From Heterodontus francisci (taxonomy: Eukaryota): a stretch of 64,000 bases of DNA. Shown here in pieces: positions 60,460 to 64,000 of this stretch (the stretch's first letter is position 1; every line of letters starts with the position of its first letter). Both the position numbers and the translations under genes were made by a program. The notes beneath the pieces were generated by a model. It was given only the letters and a program-made list of their open reading frames with translations. It was not told the DNA's origin and ran no database searches. The DNA is taken from assembly GCF_036365525.1 (NCBI RefSeq), contig NW_027140807.1, positions 620,001-684,000 of the forward strand, written 5' to 3'.

Positions 60460-61500
60460 CATTCATGGGATTTTGGGCGATGCTGGTTGAGGCCAACAAT
60501 TATTGTCCATCCCTAATTGCCCCTTGAGAAGGTGGTGGTGAGCTGCCTTCTTGAACCGCTGCAGTCCATGTGGGGTGGGTACACCCACAGTGCTGTTAGG
60601 AAGGGAGTTCCAGGATTTTGACCCACAGTTAGTGAAGGAACAGCCGATATAGTTCCAAGTCAGGATGGTGTGTGACTTGGAGGGGAACCTGCAAGTGGTG
60701 GTGTTCCCATGCATCTGCTGCCCTTGTCCTTCTAGGTGGTAGAGGTTGCGGGTTTGGAAGGTGTTGACGGAGGGAGCCTTGGTGCATTGCTGCAGTCGAT
60801 CTTGTAGATGGTACACACTGCTGACACTATGCATCAGTGGTTGAGGGAGTGAATGTTTGTAGATGGGGTGCCAATCAAGCGGGCTGCTTTGTCCCGGATG
60901 GTGTCGAGCTTCTTGAGTGTTGTTGGAGCTGCACCCATCCAGGCAAATGGACAGTATTCCATCACACTCCTGACTTGTGCCTTGTGGATGGTGGACAGGC
61001 TTTGGGGAGTCAGGAGGCGAGTTACTCGCCGCATGATTCCTAGCCTCTGACCTGCTCTTGTAGCCACAGTATTTATACGGCTACTCCAGTTCAGATTCTG
61101 TTCAATGGCAATCCCCAGGATGTTGATAGTGGGGGATTCAGCGATGGTAATGCCATTGAATGTCAAAGGGAGATGGTTATATTCTCTCCTGTTGTAGATG
61201 GTCAATGCGTGGCACTTGTGTGGTGCGAATGTCAGGATTATCAGCCCAAGCCTGGATGTTGTCCAGGTCTTGCTACATCTGAACACGGGCTGCTTCAGAA
61301 TCTGAGCTGTCGCAAATGATGCTGAACATTGTGAAATCATCAGTGAACATCCCCACTCTGACCTTATGATTGAAGGGAATTTCATTTATGAAGCAGTTGG
61401 AGATGGTGGAACAGGACGTACCCGGGGATGGCGATAGCGAGCTCTGTGACATTGTCTGCAAGGCATGATTCCCTGAGTATGACTATGTCAGGTTGTTGCT
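60460..61500 (-). mobile_element. Degenerate LINE RT/3' fragment
   Basis: ORFs 60834-61385 and 60463-60834 (ILGIAIEQNLNWSS, KAQVRSVMEY, KKAAHHHLLKG). Confidence 0.85.
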
Positions 61501-61799
61501 TGACAGCTCTCCCAACCTTGGCACAAGGCCCGAAATGTTGGTAAGGAGGACCGTGCAGATTCAATTTGTTGTTGCATCTGCTGCTGTGTTTCACCTGCTG
61601 AAGTTGTCTTTGTTGCTTTTCTCCTCCTGACGCACTTCTTGAATTCTGTTGGTGTTTTTTTCTCCTCCTGACATTGGTTGGTGAGCTTTTTTTTGCCAAC
61701 GTTGCTTCTGAATTTGTTTGTGTTTTCCCTCGCTGAGGCTGTTGTTGAATTTGTTGATGCTTTTCGTGCTGAGGTTTTTGTTGCATTTGTTGTATTGCC

Positions 61800-62157
61800 C
61801 AGAGGAGGTTACAGAGATAAGGAGGGTTGTAGGGCTGGAGGAGGTTACAGTGATAGGGAGTATTGTAGGGGCTGGAGGAGGTTACAGTGATAGGGAGTAT
61901 TGTAGGGGCTGGAGGAAGTGACAGAGAGAGGGAGGGATGTAGGGCTCGAGGAGGTTTCAGAGATAGAGAGGATTGTCGGGGCTGGAGGAGGTTACAGAAA
62001 TAGGGAAGCTTGTCGGGGGCTGGAGCGGGTTACGGAGATAGGGAGGGTTGCATTACCTTAAGCAGGATACAGACATAGGGAGGATTGGAGGAGCTGGAGG
62101 AGGTTACAGAGATAGGGTGGGTTGTAGGGGCTGGAGGAGGTTACAGAGACAGGGATA
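61800..62157 (+). repeat. ~37-bp minisatellite GGAGGAGGTTACAGAGATAGGGAGGGTTGTAGGGGCT
   Basis: About 9 degenerate copies. Confidence 0.85.
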
Positions 62158-63019
62158 ATTGTCACTGTTCATCGAGTGTACTCAGTGTTAACCCCAGTAT
62201 CATTCTGGTGAATCTCAGCTGTATCTGGTCTAAGGCAAACAGCTGCTTGTTGAGGAAGGTGCCCAGACTGTGTGCAATATTCCAGATGTAGTCTAACCAG
62301 AGCCTCCTACAACTGTGGCATTACCTCCAAACCCTTTGTATTGTAGCTTCTTCCATTAATCACACGTTCCATAATGCATGACTGGATGCACGCATACACC
62401 AAACACACACTCCCAACTCTCTCTCCCCCACCCCCTCTCTCTCCTCAGTTTGTTTGACTATGTTGTTAGTTGTGCATCTTTGTCCTTCAGCTGATCGTAT
62501 CTGAGCCTCTGATATGAAGAGTCTATTGTTCTCAGTCCTTGACAAACACAACAGCTTCCTGCTTTGTAAAAGTTGACATTATCCTAGTTGACACACGGCA
62601 CAACATTCAAATCTGTTAGTCCCAGGGAATGCAAATATCAAAGCCGGCTCAGAAGTGTTAATGAGTCCATTGTGGGACTGAATGAATATCTGACAACCTG
62701 GCATGGACTCAGGGGCACTGACAGAATCAGCAATCCAGAGAGAATGGAAACTGTGGAAACTATCAAGGACTAGGCGTTGGACATGGGCTGGTTGGAACTG
62801 AGATGCACATTCAGACGCCCCTTTTCACAGGCACAGGTAACATTGAATAACAATGTGCTGCAAGGTGATTGTGATTACTGAGGGGACAGTGACATTGTGA
62901 TTCTGTCACAGGAATATTATCTGGAGCCCTGGACTGACTGCACTGCCCAATGTGCTAATGATCTAACAGAGAAATGTGGGGACAGACGAATCCCACCCCA
63001 TCAGAAACAAATCCTCGAA

Positions 63020-63685
63020 TAGTCCAACAGAGGGAGGCCATTCGGCCCATCGAGGGTTTGTCATCTCTTTCGAAAATCAACCCAGTTAATCCAACTCCCC
63101 ACACTTTCACACATAATTCCCTCATTTAATTCCCCTTCAAGTATTGAGCCAATTCCCTTTTTGAATAATACCATTGAATTTCCACCACCCTATCAGACAT
63201 TGTCCTCCAAATCCAAACCACTCATGATATTAAAAAACATTTATCCTCATGTCACCTCTGGTACCTTTGCCCATCACATTAAAGCTGTGCCCTCTGGTGA
63301 TCTATCGAATCTCCCCTTAACCTTCTCTACTCTAAGGAGAACTCCCCTTTCTAGCCCAGTCTTTTTACTTGACTGAAATTCCTCACCAACTGAACCATCC
63401 GAGAAATTTTCTTCTGCATCCTCTCCAAAGCCTACAGGTCTTTCCTAAAGTGTGGTGCCCAGAATTGGGCACAATGTTCCAACAGGGACCGAACTGGTGT
63501 TTTATACAGGTTTGGCATGACTCCCGGAGTTTTGGACTCGACCTCTCTATTTCCAAAGCCCAGACTGGAATATGATTTATTAATCGCTTTCTCAACCTCC
63601 TCTGCCACCTTTAAATATTCCTGCACAAGCACCCCCAGGTCTCTCTGTTCTTGCACCACTTCACAAATTGTTTTGTTTCATCTCT
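63020..63685 (-). mobile_element. Degenerate CR1 LINE 3' fragment
   Basis: QEQRDLGVLV...LEHCAQFWAPHFRKD. Confidence 0.8.
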
Positions 63686-64000
63686 CCTCATTCTTGCAGT
63701 CAAATTCAAACATATCAAAGACTAATCCCACCCATATCTGGGACAAATTACCTGCTTATTATTATTCGGTCAGTCATGGACAATGGTCTGCCAGTAACTC
63801 TATAAAGTTTACATGCAACACTTTTCCTTCCAAAAAACAACATCCTCGGTGGTTCTTGTATTGGAGTTTATACCTGAAGCCCACTGCTATCTCAATTTTG
63901 GCAGTTGAGGAGCAGTCAGTGACTGAGACATTAACATCTGGTCAGGGACCCCTCACAATATCCCATGTCCTGAATACTCAAACACTCTCTCACTGAGACA

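Noticed and set aside
63287-63300. Good CTCF-like match TCACCAGAGGGCAC
   Set aside because: It is the TRGH coding motif of a CR1 fragment and is not linked to a V in this window
1-64000. Genuine D, J or C segments, or RAG/Transib transposon remnants
   Set aside because: I saw no paired 12/23 RSS, no FGxG exon with a proper nonamer, no C1-set exon and no transposase ORF; this was a by-eye search, so small relics could be missed

Overview
Eukaryotic DNA from a cartilaginous fish (shark-type CR1/HER1 LINEs, HE1-like SINEs, Penelope relics). The window is part of a T-cell receptor beta variable (TRBV) array. I read 20 V segments, all on the minus strand, each with a 3' recombination signal (23-bp spacer, except one with 17). 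No D, J or C exons are visible; they presumably lie beyond coordinate 1. Seven segments look fully functional. Four have open leader and V exons but a broken heptamer CAC. Two have an open V exon with another lesion, and seven are pseudogenes. Thirteen belong to an expanded family resembling mammalian TRBV30 (SQTIHQ...CAWS). The array has grown by tandem segmental duplication and carries a 7.3-kb G-rich satellite. The most interesting signal is a candidate cis-regulatory code around the RSSs. (i) A perfect AP-1 site is built into the heptamer/spacer junction of 12 of the 13 TRBV30-like RSSs, at the position where mouse 3' D-beta 23-RSSs carry their c-Fos site. (ii) An E-box/ETS composite sits just behind the nonamer. 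(iii) Uniformly oriented CTCF-like sites lie downstream of the Vs, including a 4x tandem array. Other oddities: a LINE reverse-transcriptase ORF that gains its ATG from an RSS spacer, an IgHV/TRDV-like V with a CDR2 cysteine pair, and a 62-bp minisatellite with J-segment-like layout. Everything was read by eye; family names and binding predictions are unverified by search.
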